This document shows, one piece after another, positions 48,388 to 57,473 of a stretch of 64,000 nt of DNA. Source of the DNA: a virus. The position numbers and the translations under genes are program-made. The stretch is from IMG/VR virus record IMGVR_UViG_3300037467_002824, positions 1-64,000 of that record, one strand, 5' to 3'. The first letter of the stretch is position 1; every line of letters starts with the position of its first letter. Under the pieces are notes generated by a model. That model ran no database searches. It worked only from the letters and a program-made list of their open reading frames with translations, and had not been told where the DNA came from.

Positions 48388-48593
48388 CCACCCTCCGAAC
48401 GGGCCGCCAGGGCGGCTGCGACGGCCTGATCGATCTTCGCGCCGATCTCCTTTCGGAAGTAGTCGGCGGCCTTCTCGGCCAGTTCGATGTCGAAGTAGCG
48501 GTTCAGCTCCACGCCGCACACATACAGGATAGCGACGTCGTCGTCATCCTGCACTCGAAGAAGTTCAGAAGCCCACTCAGCTCCGTTCTTCAT
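48384..48593 (-). CDS. Hypothetical small acidic protein
   Basis: 69 aa. Its stop overlaps the downstream start. No motif. Confidence 0.4.
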   Translation of the reverse strand: MKNGAEWASELLRVQDDDDVAILYVCGVELNRYFDIELAEKAADYFRKEIGAKIDQAVAAALAARSEGG

Positions 48594-49248
48594 ACTGCGC
48601 CCCGAACTTCGTATCGTACTTGTCCGCGCAGATCTTCCCCTTGAACCACACCTGGAGGCCCGGGTTGCGCGCGCTGTCGTACTTGAAGTCGAGATCCTTC
48701 AGCTTGTGCGCCCGGTTCAAGTCCGGGAGCGTCGTCCGGAACCCTGCGTAGGCGCTCTCCAGACGCGACTGGAGTTCGTCGAACTCGCCGAACCAATCGC
48801 GCTCCTCAGTCACGTTGATCAGCTCCGCTACGAAGCGCTCGGGGGTCATCGGTTCGATCAAGATGAACTCCGGGGTGATTTCCGTGGTGACGAGCACCGG
48901 ACGCTTCACGAGCGTCGGCCGGTGGTTCGGCCCCACGAGCAGAACGATCGTTGCCTTGTCGATGAGCTGCTTACCCGGATACTGACACGAGAGCACGACC
49001 GACGCGCCCTTCTGGAAGAAGGGGTCGATGCTCTCCGCGAAGTGCTTCGCGTCGCTCACGATCACGTCGCCGCAGAAGAGCACTTCAGCCGGCGTCATGG
49101 CCTTCATGTCCTTCGCGAGTTCCATCGACCACTGCTGGCGGAACTTCGCGTCTTCGCCCACGACAACGACGAGGCTGCCCGCGGGTACGTCGATCGACAC
49201 GCCGGTCGAGAAGATTCGGTCCAGTTCCTGCTGTGTAACGCTATCCAT
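48577..49248 (-). CDS. Hypothetical protein
   Basis: 223 aa from ATG 49248. No motif recognised. Confidence 0.5.
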   Translation of the reverse strand: MDSVTQQELDRIFSTGVSIDVPAGSLVVVVGEDAKFRQQWSMELAKDMKAMTPAEVLFCGDVIVSDAKHFAESIDPFFQKGASVVLSCQYPGKQLIDKATIVLLVGPNHRPTLVKRPVLVTTEITPEFILIEPMTPERFVAELINVTEERDWFGEFDELQSRLESAYAGFRTTLPDLNRAHKLKDLDFKYDSARNPGLQVWFKGKICADKYDTKFGAQYEERS

Positions 49249-49507
49249 TGAAACCTCGCAGCGGCTCGGGTACGAGCGTGAGCTTACCCTTCTTCGACCG
49301 CTTTTCACGAAAACATTCGACGTCCGCTCCGTAGTTCTGAGGAACTTCCGGGAACGTATTGTGTTCTGGCGTCTTGCAGATGGCCTTCTCGGGCATCTCC
49401 ATCAAGACGTCATGTCGGCCTTCGAGCGTAACGCCCTGGGCCCGGAAAAGTTCCGCGCCACACTCGCAACAGCGAGCCACGAGTGTGTACGTCTCGGAGC
49501 TAGGCAC
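49241..49507 (-). CDS. Hypothetical small protein, possible zinc ribbon
   Basis: 88 aa. CCECG ... CKTPEH. Confidence 0.45.
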   Translation of the reverse strand: MPSSETYTLVARCCECGAELFRAQGVTLEGRHDVLMEMPEKAICKTPEHNTFPEVPQNYGADVECFREKRSKKGKLTLVPEPLRGFNG

Positions 49508-49973
49508 TCACCCGTCCGGTGGCCATGGCGTGGTAGTACATCGGTGAGGGGTCTTCCCTCGTTCGCCAACCGGAGCGGACGTACGTCGGGAAGGTCATGT
49601 ACGTCGACTCCATCGTGTCGAGCATCTTCAAGACCAAGTCGTTCACCAGATGCTGAGTGAGCGCCGCTTCCACGCTCGTGGGCACATCTGCATCAATGCG
49701 CAACGTACTCGCGTAGGCCGCCGGGAACTCCACCGTCAAGGTGTGGGTCGTCTCCCCCTTCGTGTAGACGAAGTTGCCGTGGTCGTTCACTTCGCAATGT
49801 GAGTTGAGCATCGCGATGATGTGCTCCAAAGGAGCACCGAGGCGGCGCTCTTCGACTGCGTACATCTCGCGCAGCGCCTCATCGGAGGTCGTGTTGGCTG
49901 CGACCGCGATGCGGGCTTCGCGAAGCACGTCGTCGAGCTTTTCTCCAGTGACAATGACGGTCATTCTCGACAT
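49500..49973 (-). CDS. Hypothetical protein
   Basis: 157 aa from ATG 49973, 2 nt after the upstream stop. No motif. Confidence 0.5.
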   Translation of the reverse strand: MSRMTVIVTGEKLDDVLREARIAVAANTTSDEALREMYAVEERRLGAPLEHIIAMLNSHCEVNDHGNFVYTKGETTHTLTVEFPAAYASTLRIDADVPTSVEAALTQHLVNDLVLKMLDTMESTYMTFPTYVRSGWRTREDPSPMYYHAMATGRVSA

Positions 49974-49975
49974 GT

Positions 49976-50332
49976 TCAATTCCCCGAGCAAGAGTTGCAG
50001 ATCGCGTAGCCGTCAGGCGTCCACTTCGAAGCCTTCCGGGTGCACTTCCATACATCACAGATTCGCCCTTCGTTCAAGAGGGGCTGGTCCTGTGGAAGCA
50101 TCTTCGTGGAGTAGTTGAGGGCCGCCGCGTGGTCCTTGCAAAGCCAGCCGTACCGGCGCATCTCACCTTCGGCCGTCGTCCCCCGGCACCGGTGTGTAGC
50201 GGGCTTGCAGCAGGGATGCTTCTGGGGCGCCTGCCCCACGTAGTAGCCGCATCGCCCTGGGATGTCGCGCCAGGGCCGGGCCGTTGACTTGAAGCGGGGC
50301 GGGGGAATGTGGCTAGCGCGTTTGTCACTCAT
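49976..50332 (-). CDS. Cys-rich basic protein
   Basis: 118 aa with 11 Cys (CGYY, CCKPATHRC, CKDH, CDVWKC, CNSC). The palindrome GAACCCGGTTA lies 12 nt upstream of the ATG. Confidence 0.5.
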   Translation of the reverse strand: MSDKRASHIPPPRFKSTARPWRDIPGRCGYYVGQAPQKHPCCKPATHRCRGTTAEGEMRRYGWLCKDHAAALNYSTKMLPQDQPLLNEGRICDVWKCTRKASKWTPDGYAICNSCSGN

Positions 50333-50344
50333 GGGGAAAACCCG

Positions 50345-50355
50345 TAACCGGGTTC
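50345..50355. repeat. Palindrome-family site TAACCGGGTTC
   Basis: Located in the 50-nt spacer between 50383..50763 and 49976..50332, 12 nt upstream of the downstream ATG. Confidence 0.7.
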
Positions 50356-50382
50356 ACCCAAAAGTGTACGGACCTCAACGGG

Positions 50383-50763
50383 TCACGCCAAACCACCGCG
50401 TGAATTGATGGGAGTCGTGCTGATCGGGCCCTCGTCCTCGAACCGGAGGGTCCGGACGGTAATCAGACCGTCGAAAAGAATGACGATCCGGAAATGACCT
50501 TCGGGCAGCTCGGCACGCACTTCTTGCGCCACCTTCGGGAAGGTGTCTTCGATGTACGTGGCGTAGTGTTTGCGGGGGATGATCCGGACGTTGAACACGC
50601 GGACTTCCGGGGTATCGCCGCCGGGAACGATCAGGGCGATGTACTCCGCGTAGTCCTCGCCCTTCTCGATCAGCTCGTCGATACGGTTCCGGATGGCCCG
50701 AACACCCTGGTGGAGGATCGCCGCCAGGGTGGCTTCGGGGGTTTCGTCCGCGCGTTCCATCAC
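50383..50763 (-). CDS. Hypothetical protein
   Basis: 126 aa. GTGATGA-type start overlapping the upstream stop. No motif. Confidence 0.5.
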   Translation of the reverse strand: MMERADETPEATLAAILHQGVRAIRNRIDELIEKGEDYAEYIALIVPGGDTPEVRVFNVRIIPRKHYATYIEDTFPKVAQEVRAELPEGHFRIVILFDGLITVRTLRFEDEGPISTTPINSRGGLA

Positions 50764-51233
50764 GTCCCTACGCGCTCGTCCGTTCCGTCCCAGACGAACT
50801 CACCGTCTTCACCCACCGGGAAGTGGGCGCCGCATCCGCAGCAGAAAGTCCCGCTGTAGAAGCTAGGATCTCGTGCGTAGGTCTCGGCCAGCTTCCAGCC
50901 CATGGTGGTGACGACGCCACAGCCGCCGTCGATCTGCTTCTGGGTCCAGTAGCGTCCCGTCAGAGGGCGTTCACTTTCGGGGTACTCCTCGAACTTCACG
51001 TACCCGTACTTGCCGTGCTGCTCCATTTCTTCGAAGGTGAGATCTCGCAGCGGGTACTTCGGTTTGCGGCCGACGTGAATGTACTTGTCACGCACCGGAC
51101 GGACGAAGCCCTTGGCGCGCTCCTCGTCTGAGAGGACGACGTAGCCCTTCTGCTGACCATTCGGCTTCAGGTCTCGATTGGCGTCGCCGTCGGGGCCGCG
51201 CTCACCGATCACTTCGGTTTTCTTCTCGTCCAT
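50760..51233 (-). CDS. Hypothetical protein with C-terminal Cys cluster
   Basis: 157 aa from ATG 51233. GGCGVVTTMG..FCCGCGAHF. Confidence 0.5.
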   Translation of the reverse strand: MDEKKTEVIGERGPDGDANRDLKPNGQQKGYVVLSDEERAKGFVRPVRDKYIHVGRKPKYPLRDLTFEEMEQHGKYGYVKFEEYPESERPLTGRYWTQKQIDGGCGVVTTMGWKLAETYARDPSFYSGTFCCGCGAHFPVGEDGEFVWDGTDERVGT

Positions 51234-51235
51234 GA

Positions 51236-52399
51236 TCAGCCCTCGAACTTCTTCCAGAGCCCCGGCGTACGGAACTCGTCGACGGGGACGTAGAACATCT
51301 CGTTCGTGTCCGCCCACTGCATGAACGCGAGGTTCGCGCTCGTCTTGTGGCCGCGTCGACGTCCCGTGCCGAGCACGTAGGCGAGGCGCTTGCTGCTCTC
51401 GTGGGTGTAGAAGCCCTCAGTGAGAACGAAGAACTTCGTTTCCGGCTCCCAGGCGGTGCCCGTCCACACTTCGCGCGTCCCGGCGTTCTCACGCAGGGTT
51501 CCGACTGCCATCGGCACCGGGCCCATGGCGGGTTCGGTCTTCGCCGAGCGTTCGAGCAGGCGCTGCTTGTAAAGACTCACGAGGAGTTCGGTCCCCGTGA
51601 TCATCACAGCGCCTTCCGGCCCGTGCGGCGTGACCTTGAGCCGGGCGAGCACCTCGCGGTGGTCGTCGGCCGTGATCGCGCCGGTGGCGGCTGCCGCGCC
51701 AACGAGGTTCTCAGCGGTCCGGCGCATCTCTCCGAGGGTCTCGTCGTTGATCGCACGACCGCGGTACTGCCTATCGAGTTCGCGGAACCCGATGAGCCAT
51801 GCTGGTGCTGACACCGGGTGGGCACGAGTCGACTTCTCACGGTCGTATGAGACGGCGGTGTCTGAAGTCTTTCCGCTGAGATGGTTCAACAGCTCTCCCG
51901 AGTCGCTCACGAGGTTCATGAGGTACGGGCCCTTCTTGCGCGGAAACTGATCGTCGAAGTCGGCGCCGTACCAGTACGGGCGCTTCGTCGTGTCCGTGAC
52001 GAAGTCCTGCGCCTCGTGACGAACTTCTACGTCGCCGTGGAAGCCTTCTGCCGCCGGCGGCGACTGCATGTAATCGTCGACGATCGCCTTGGACGGGAGG
52101 ATCTTCCGCAGGATGCTCTCCTGCTGCATCGTCTCCCGAATCAGAGCGGTGCCCGCCGCCGCAGCGTCTGCGAGAGCCTTCGCTTTCGCATGCTCCTTGT
52201 CGATGAGTTCGTTCATCAACGCTGCGCTGACCCGTTTACCCCAGTATGCCGGATCGCTGGCGTAACGATCGATCAGCTTCTGGTGTTCCAACGTGATGGC
52301 CTCGCCATCTTTGACGTACGGCGGGATAGCCATGGAGGGGAAAAGAGGACCTGCTCCCGAGAGCGGTGCGATCCCTACCATTCCTTCAGTGATCTTCAT
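51236..52399 (-). CDS. Hypothetical protein
   Basis: 387 aa. ATGA overlap with the upstream gene. No motif recognised. Confidence 0.55.
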   Translation of the reverse strand: MKITEGMVGIAPLSGAGPLFPSMAIPPYVKDGEAITLEHQKLIDRYASDPAYWGKRVSAALMNELIDKEHAKAKALADAAAAGTALIRETMQQESILRKILPSKAIVDDYMQSPPAAEGFHGDVEVRHEAQDFVTDTTKRPYWYGADFDDQFPRKKGPYLMNLVSDSGELLNHLSGKTSDTAVSYDREKSTRAHPVSAPAWLIGFRELDRQYRGRAINDETLGEMRRTAENLVGAAAATGAITADDHREVLARLKVTPHGPEGAVMITGTELLVSLYKQRLLERSAKTEPAMGPVPMAVGTLRENAGTREVWTGTAWEPETKFFVLTEGFYTHESSKRLAYVLGTGRRRGHKTSANLAFMQWADTNEMFYVPVDEFRTPGLWKKFEG

Positions 52400-53163
52400 G
52401 CCCAGAACTCCTTGTCTTGGACGAGCGAGTCTACCGCATGTTCGAGGTCCGTGGGAGACCCGTTGTTGTCGATCTTGCCGTCCACGAGGGCCTTGAAGTT
52501 CTCGTAGGTGGGCTCACTGGCATGGGTGTCCCCAGAGGGCTTCACGCGCCCGCTGGCGTCGACCCAGATGGCCTTGCCGCCCCAGTGGTGGGTCGCCCAG
52601 ATCTCGTTGTCGAAGCGGCAGTCGGTGACCGCCACGCCGACCGGCACGTCCACCGGGTAATCCGGGATGTCATCGAGCGAGAGACCGTACTCGCGGCTGT
52701 AGCCGAAACGGCCGGTCTTCAGGTTCGAGATCGTCACGCCGAGAGCGTCGACCCATACGTTCACGTAGACCGAGCGGCCCCACTCGGTGCCCATGCGCTG
52801 CAGGAAGTAGCGCGCCGTGCACTTCTCACGGTTCGACGCGAAGTGGGACAGCTCGCGGTAGAGGGCGATCCACGCTTCTTCCTGATGCTTCGGCGGGAAG
52901 AGATTCAGAATGCGCTGCTTGTTGGCAAGGATGCGATCCTCGCATTCGGCCCAATACTCGTTCGTGAAGACGCGGTCGTCGCGGGTAGCACGGAGCTTCG
53001 ACTCACCGAACATCACGTGCATCGGAAGATCGAAGATGAGACCCGTGGTGCGCTTCAGTTCGTCAGCGAGCGCCGCCACGATCCAATTGTGCTTCACTCG
53101 CAGGATCTCTGCGATCGTGTCCTTGCCGACGCCCATGTTTCCGACGAGTCCGAGAACCTTCAT
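52396..53163 (-). CDS. Deoxynucleoside monophosphate kinase-like P-loop protein
   Basis: 255 aa. The N-terminus MKVLGLVGNMGVGKDTIAEIL parallels T4 gp1-type dNMP kinases (G....GKDT). Confidence 0.5.
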   Translation of the reverse strand: MKVLGLVGNMGVGKDTIAEILRVKHNWIVAALADELKRTTGLIFDLPMHVMFGESKLRATRDDRVFTNEYWAECEDRILANKQRILNLFPPKHQEEAWIALYRELSHFASNREKCTARYFLQRMGTEWGRSVYVNVWVDALGVTISNLKTGRFGYSREYGLSLDDIPDYPVDVPVGVAVTDCRFDNEIWATHHWGGKAIWVDASGRVKPSGDTHASEPTYENFKALVDGKIDNNGSPTDLEHAVDSLVQDKEFWA

Positions 53164-53396
53164 CGCTTTACTCCTGCAAGGGCCACTGCCAGTTCGAGAG
53201 CTTTCCGTTCAGCCCCGCGCCACGATCCCGCGGGGGCTCTACACGTCCACCCACCGCGGTATACGATCACTTCGAAGAGGCGCTTGTCCAGCCTGTGGAC
53301 ATTCACCGTGATCGGGTGGGTTCGGCCTACGCGTACCTGGCCGTAACGGTGAAGACCGTCACAACAGTTACCCGTCCATTCGATGGTGGGAGCCAC
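53160..53396 (-). CDS. Hypothetical small protein
   Basis: 78 aa. Its stop overlaps the downstream ATG (ATGA). Confidence 0.4.
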   Translation of the reverse strand: MAPTIEWTGNCCDGLHRYGQVRVGRTHPITVNVHRLDKRLFEVIVYRGGWTCRAPAGSWRGAERKALELAVALAGVKR

Positions 53397-53452
53397 GCAA
53401 TATCACTACGTCAGCTGGGCCCGCATTGTAAAGAACCGAGCCTTAACCCAGT

Positions 53453-56098
53453 TCAGCGCCGCTTGAAACGCCAGGTGGCACGGTAGGCCCACGCCGCACC
53501 GTAGTCCGAGTCTTTCCAGGCGCCTACCGACCAGTGCGGTAGATGGCCAGAGAACGGTTCGATCGCGCCTCCCGCGTTGCCAGTGATCATCTCACTCAGC
53601 GTGACGAGATCCGAGAGATTGGCGTGGTAACCGGCGGTAGAAGCGAGCGCTTCCCCGATCGATCCGATCGACTCAGAGAGATTCACTACGTACCCCGCGT
53701 GGACCGCAAGCGATTCGCTCAGCGTTACCGTCTCGGCAAGCGCGACAGTCGTTCCCCACTGCGATTGCAACGCTTCAGCATTCGACACTGTCTCGGCGAG
53801 GCCTTCTGTGAAGGCTGCGCTCGATGCCATCGACTCCGAGACGTTCACCGTCTCAGCGACGTTCGAAGAAAGTCCTGCGCTGGCCGCGACAGCCTCCGAG
53901 TTGGCAACCGTCTCGTTAAGCGCAGCGGACATGCCAACACTCGTCTGAACAGCTTCACTGGTCGTAACGGTCTCGGATACCGACGCTGTCGAACCTTGGC
54001 TCACTGCAGCGCTCTCCGAGAGATTGATCGTCTCGGAAAGGCCAAGGCCAAGATCGACGCGGACTACGACAGCCTCCGTCCAAGAGACAGTCTCGGAAAG
54101 ATCGACGTTCGTTCCACCGCCATCAGTACCCACCGATTCGATGAGGGTGACCGTTTCACTGACCGCCGGGTTGTACGTGGCTTGGGCGGCAACCGCTTCT
54201 GAAGTCGTGACCGTTTCCGAGACCCCAGCTGTTGCGTCTTTCTGCGCAACCAGGGCTTCGCTTGTTGTCACCGTCTCCGAAACCGACGGGGTCGTCGCGA
54301 CCTGCGCCGATACCGCTTCCGCGTTCGTGACGGTCTCACTGACGTTGGCCGAGAAGCCCTGCGAGGCTGCGGCTGCTTCACTCAGGGTGACGGTCTCACT
54401 CACGGCGCCGGTCGTTCCACGTGACGCCGCCAACGACTCACCCACCACGCCAACGTTCTCGGATACCGCACCCGAGGTGGCCATCTGCGCAGCGACCGCT
54501 TCAGTCCACGAGACCGTCTCGGACAAGCTGACGGAGTCCGCGTCCTGCACCGCTGCGGCTTCCGAAAGAGCCACTGTCTCGTTCACCGCAGCGTTGAGCC
54601 CAGCGCTGGCCGCCACGGCTTCTGCCACCGTCACCGTCTCGGATACACCGGCGATGTTGCCCTTCGAGGCCGCCACGCTTTCGGCGTTGGTTACCGTTTC
54701 GCTGAGGCCCTCGGTCGCGGAAAGCTGCGCCGACACGGCTTCGGCGTTGGTCACCGTCTCCGAAACCGACGGCGTTGCCGCCAGCTGTGCTGAGACCGCT
54801 TCACTGTTCGAAACGGTTTCGCTGACGCCTACGGTGGCGCCGCGAGTGGCAGCAAGAGATTCAGCGAGAGAGACACTCTCACTAACCCCAGTGGTAAACC
54901 CTACGCTGGCTGCGAGCGCTTCGGCCACGCTCACGCTCTCAGTAGTCGAGACAATAGCGGCGTAGGCGGCAAGAACCGCTTCGGCGAGGGACACGCCTTC
55001 GCTCACGCCTACGGTCGCGTCTTTCTGCGCGGCCAAGGCTTCCGTCCAAGCGTCGGTCTCGCTCACGCCCACGGTAGCCGCGAGCACTGCCGAGAGCGAC
55101 TCGTTCCACGTCGTCCACGTCTCGGAAACGCCGACCGTGACTCCCCAAGCTGCCGCGAGCGATTCCCCGACCGCGCCAACGCCTTCGGTTACATCAACAG
55201 TGGTCGCTTTCGTCGCCGCAACGGCTTCGGTATTCGCAACCGTCTCACTTACGCCGACGTTCGCGGCGTAGCCCGCTGCAACCGCTTCACTGTTCGAAAC
55301 TGTTTCCGAGACGGGAACTACGTACCCAAGGAACTGCGCCAGCGATTCCGAGAGCGTGACGGTCTCTGAAACCCCTGTGGTCATTCCCTTCGAAGCCGCT
55401 ACCGACTCCGAAAGAGAAACCGTCTCAGACACATTACCGGTGTAGGCGGTGCTGCCCGCAGTAAAGGTCGGCGTCGTAATAAACGAGTTCGAACCAATCT
55501 GAATGACAACGTCACGGCTGGTATTGCCGCCCGCACCTGTGATGTTCCAGATAGGCTTGACGAACAGATATTCGTTTGTGAACGTAACGCTGCTCGGCGC
55601 GACCAAAGTACAAGTTGTGACTTGGGCAGCCGATGTCGTCAGGTTGACGACGCCTGCGTGAGAACCACTGCTACGGGTATCGATCGACGTGATGAGTGTC
55701 GGGCTCGATCCATCTGCATTTGCGCTCTTGTAGAGCCAGAATTCGAGCTGACCGTCTTGATCACTGCCGCTAGAAACCGCGATTACCGAAATGGACAGCT
55801 GCCACTGATCCGTAGTCCCATTCGCACCGAACGTTCCACTGAACGCACTTTGCGAACGAAAGCAATCGCCCGTGGTGTTGTTGGGAGCGGTTGCACTAGA
55901 CGGATAGGTTGTTGAGAAGACCGTCGCCGCCTGCTTGACGCCGAAGTCCATCAAACCGTAGTTGCTGGCCGCTGTCTTGGCGACCGTCCAACCCGTGCTC
56001 GTAGTGGCAGAACCAGGCGCAGACCCGCCGTCTTGCAACTGGCCGTGGTTGGCGCCTGTTGCGACAGAGTTCAGCAGATAGAACGTCTTGATCGCCAC
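53453..56098 (-). CDS. Repeat-fibre protein: 222-aa N-domain plus 31 x ~20-aa repeats
   Basis: 881 aa with a GTG start. Beta-rich N-domain, then 31 tandem units of consensus VSETV(T/S)x(S/A)EAVAAxxxxxxG, then a basic aromatic tail WAYRATWRFKRR. Confidence 0.65.
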   Translation of the reverse strand: MAIKTFYLLNSVATGANHGQLQDGGSAPGSATTSTGWTVAKTAASNYGLMDFGVKQAATVFSTTYPSSATAPNNTTGDCFRSQSAFSGTFGANGTTDQWQLSISVIAVSSGSDQDGQLEFWLYKSANADGSSPTLITSIDTRSSGSHAGVVNLTTSAAQVTTCTLVAPSSVTFTNEYLFVKPIWNITGAGGNTSRDVVIQIGSNSFITTPTFTAGSTAYTGNVSETVSLSESVAASKGMTTGVSETVTLSESLAQFLGYVVPVSETVSNSEAVAAGYAANVGVSETVANTEAVAATKATTVDVTEGVGAVGESLAAAWGVTVGVSETWTTWNESLSAVLAATVGVSETDAWTEALAAQKDATVGVSEGVSLAEAVLAAYAAIVSTTESVSVAEALAASVGFTTGVSESVSLAESLAATRGATVGVSETVSNSEAVSAQLAATPSVSETVTNAEAVSAQLSATEGLSETVTNAESVAASKGNIAGVSETVTVAEAVAASAGLNAAVNETVALSEAAAVQDADSVSLSETVSWTEAVAAQMATSGAVSENVGVVGESLAASRGTTGAVSETVTLSEAAAASQGFSANVSETVTNAEAVSAQVATTPSVSETVTTSEALVAQKDATAGVSETVTTSEAVAAQATYNPAVSETVTLIESVGTDGGGTNVDLSETVSWTEAVVVRVDLGLGLSETINLSESAAVSQGSTASVSETVTTSEAVQTSVGMSAALNETVANSEAVAASAGLSSNVAETVNVSESMASSAAFTEGLAETVSNAEALQSQWGTTVALAETVTLSESLAVHAGYVVNLSESIGSIGEALASTAGYHANLSDLVTLSEMITGNAGGAIEPFSGHLPHWSVGAWKDSDYGAAWAYRATWRFKRR
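53558..55432 (-). repeat. Coding tandem repeat, ~60-nt period, 31 degenerate copies
   Basis: In-frame 20-21-codon units inside 53453..56098. All six frames stay open across the region. Confidence 0.8.
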
Positions 56099-56101
56099 GA
56101 A

Positions 56102-56383
56102 TCACTCGATCCTCTCGAAGCGATACGTACATTCCGGATACAGTGCGACGTGCTCCGGTTTGGACGGCCAGACGTTACAACCGTTCAGGTACAACGCAGA
56201 ATCACGGCCTACGCACTCACCCAAACCGTCTTCTCGGCGCGCGAAATAGACGCACGGCCCCTGTTCGCTTTGGCAACAGGCGCCACAGCGGCAACAGTAA
56301 CCGGTGCGCCGCACTCTCCGCCCGTCTGCGAGGACGAACTCCTGCGGCTCTTCCTCCTGCAGGACGGGCAACGCGTAGGGCAT
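56102..56383 (-). CDS. YkgJ/UPF0153-type Cys-cluster (CxxCxxCC) protein
   Basis: 93 aa. GYCCRCGACCQ matches the CxxCGxCC signature of the zinc/iron-chelating YkgJ (FliB-related) family. Further Cys at ECVG, NGC and PEC. Confidence 0.55.
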   Translation of the reverse strand: MPYALPVLQEEEPQEFVLADGRRVRRTGYCCRCGACCQSEQGPCVYFARREDGLGECVGRDSALYLNGCNVWPSKPEHVALYPECTYRFERIE

Positions 56384-56384
56384 A

Positions 56385-57068
56385 TTACCCCAGCGTGATG
56401 GTGAATGTGATCGTGAGGGTGTCGGTGTTGGCGAGCGTGCGCTGTGTGAACGACAGCGCGTGGTTCATCGTGCCCGAGGAGGACGCGGTGAAGAGCGCAG
56501 CCTTCTGAGCCGACTGGGCACCGGTGGCCGTGAAGACCTTCTGGATGGTCGTCGTGTTCGTACCACCCGTATGGGCGTAGGTGCCCTGGGCGCGCGTGAG
56601 GCCGTTGGCCGCAATCTCGGTCGAGAGAGTGGTCGAGGCCGAGGTCTCGGTCAGCGTGTCGTTCGACAACGCGATGTAGTTGAGACCGTTGGTGCCGAGG
56701 CCCGACGTGCCGTATCCCTGCAGGTGCAGAAAGTCACGGCCGGCGGTGGTGATGACGTTGTACGTCTCCTCGACCGATACGACTTCGTAGCTGTCGGGGT
56801 CGGGCTGGAGACGAAGGCCGACGACGGTGGCGTCCCAACGCGCTTCCGCGGTCGGGAACATAACCAAACGATCGGCTGCTTCCTCGACCTGCTCGCGGGT
56901 GTAGACCTGCCCGCCGAGTCCGAAGAAGCGCATCGCGCGCCGATGTTCGATGGTGCCCTTGGCACGAGGAAGCGCGATCGGCTCTTCATCGAGCCGAACG
57001 TTCGCGGCGTAACCGCTCTGAACTGCAGCGCTATTGCCGATTGACTCGTTGAGATTGATCCCGCTCAT
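56385..57068 (-). CDS. Beta-sandwich protein carrying one copy of the fibre repeat at its N-terminus
   Basis: 227 aa. The N-terminus INLNESIGNSAAVQSGYAANV resembles repeat units of 53453..56098 (NLSESIGSIGEALASTAGYHAN; NSEAVAAGYAANVG). The C-terminal part (NVITTAGRDFL..YIALSNDTLTETSASTTLSTEI..KAALFT..DTLTITFTITL) looks like a fibre/receptor-binding jelly roll. Confidence 0.5.
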   Translation of the reverse strand: MSGINLNESIGNSAAVQSGYAANVRLDEEPIALPRAKGTIEHRRAMRFFGLGGQVYTREQVEEAADRLVMFPTAEARWDATVVGLRLQPDPDSYEVVSVEETYNVITTAGRDFLHLQGYGTSGLGTNGLNYIALSNDTLTETSASTTLSTEIAANGLTRAQGTYAHTGGTNTTTIQKVFTATGAQSAQKAALFTASSSGTMNHALSFTQRTLANTDTLTITFTITLG

Positions 57069-57122
57069 GTCCCCAGTATAAGGGCGAGCTAGGGTGACCT
57101 GGGGAAAAGGGCGAGCGACTGA

Positions 57123-57473
57123 TTACCGACTTGGCGGCGCGGTGGTGCAAAAGCGATTGAAGTCCTCGCCTTGCGCGTTTCCCAGAAAAATGAAAATTGC
57201 TCCGAGGATACCGACGCCGAGAGACGCGCCGCCGACTGCGTAACGAACGTCGCCGCTGGTCGGAAAGGCGGTGAGGATGCCGCCGCTCCCGCCGGCGAAG
57301 GCCGCGCCGGCGCCAAGGGCCCCGAAAACACGCCGACGGGTCAGCATGTCCCGGCACTGTTGATCGGACATGGCGATGAGCGCGCCGCGCATTCCAGGCA
57401 TCGGTTGCACGAGCGCACGAGCCTGCGTCGCGGCGCAGCCGCCGAGGGCCAAAGAAAGGGCCAGCCACTTCAT
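57123..57473 (-). CDS. Lipoprotein with glycine-zipper segment
   Basis: 116 aa from ATG 57473 (ATGA overlap). Signal peptide and lipobox MKWLALSLALGG-C. GALGAGAAFAGGSGG and GGASLGVGILGAIFIFLG. Confidence 0.55.
   Translation of the reverse strand: MKWLALSLALGGCAATQARALVQPMPGMRGALIAMSDQQCRDMLTRRRVFGALGAGAAFAGGSGGILTAFPTSGDVRYAVGGASLGVGILGAIFIFLGNAQGEDFNRFCTTAPPSR

Noticed and set aside
53543-54965. Plus-strand ORFs 53543..54202 and 54024..54965 inside the repeat region
   Set aside because: The 60-nt periodic repeat keeps all frames open. Only the minus-strand frame gives a continuous 881-aa protein with proper flanking coupling.
53558-55432. Possible CRISPR array or non-coding satellite, because of the ~60-nt periodicity
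   Set aside because: The units are contiguous with no unique spacers, are degenerate at the DNA level, and stay in frame within a long ORF. No cas genes or leader are present.
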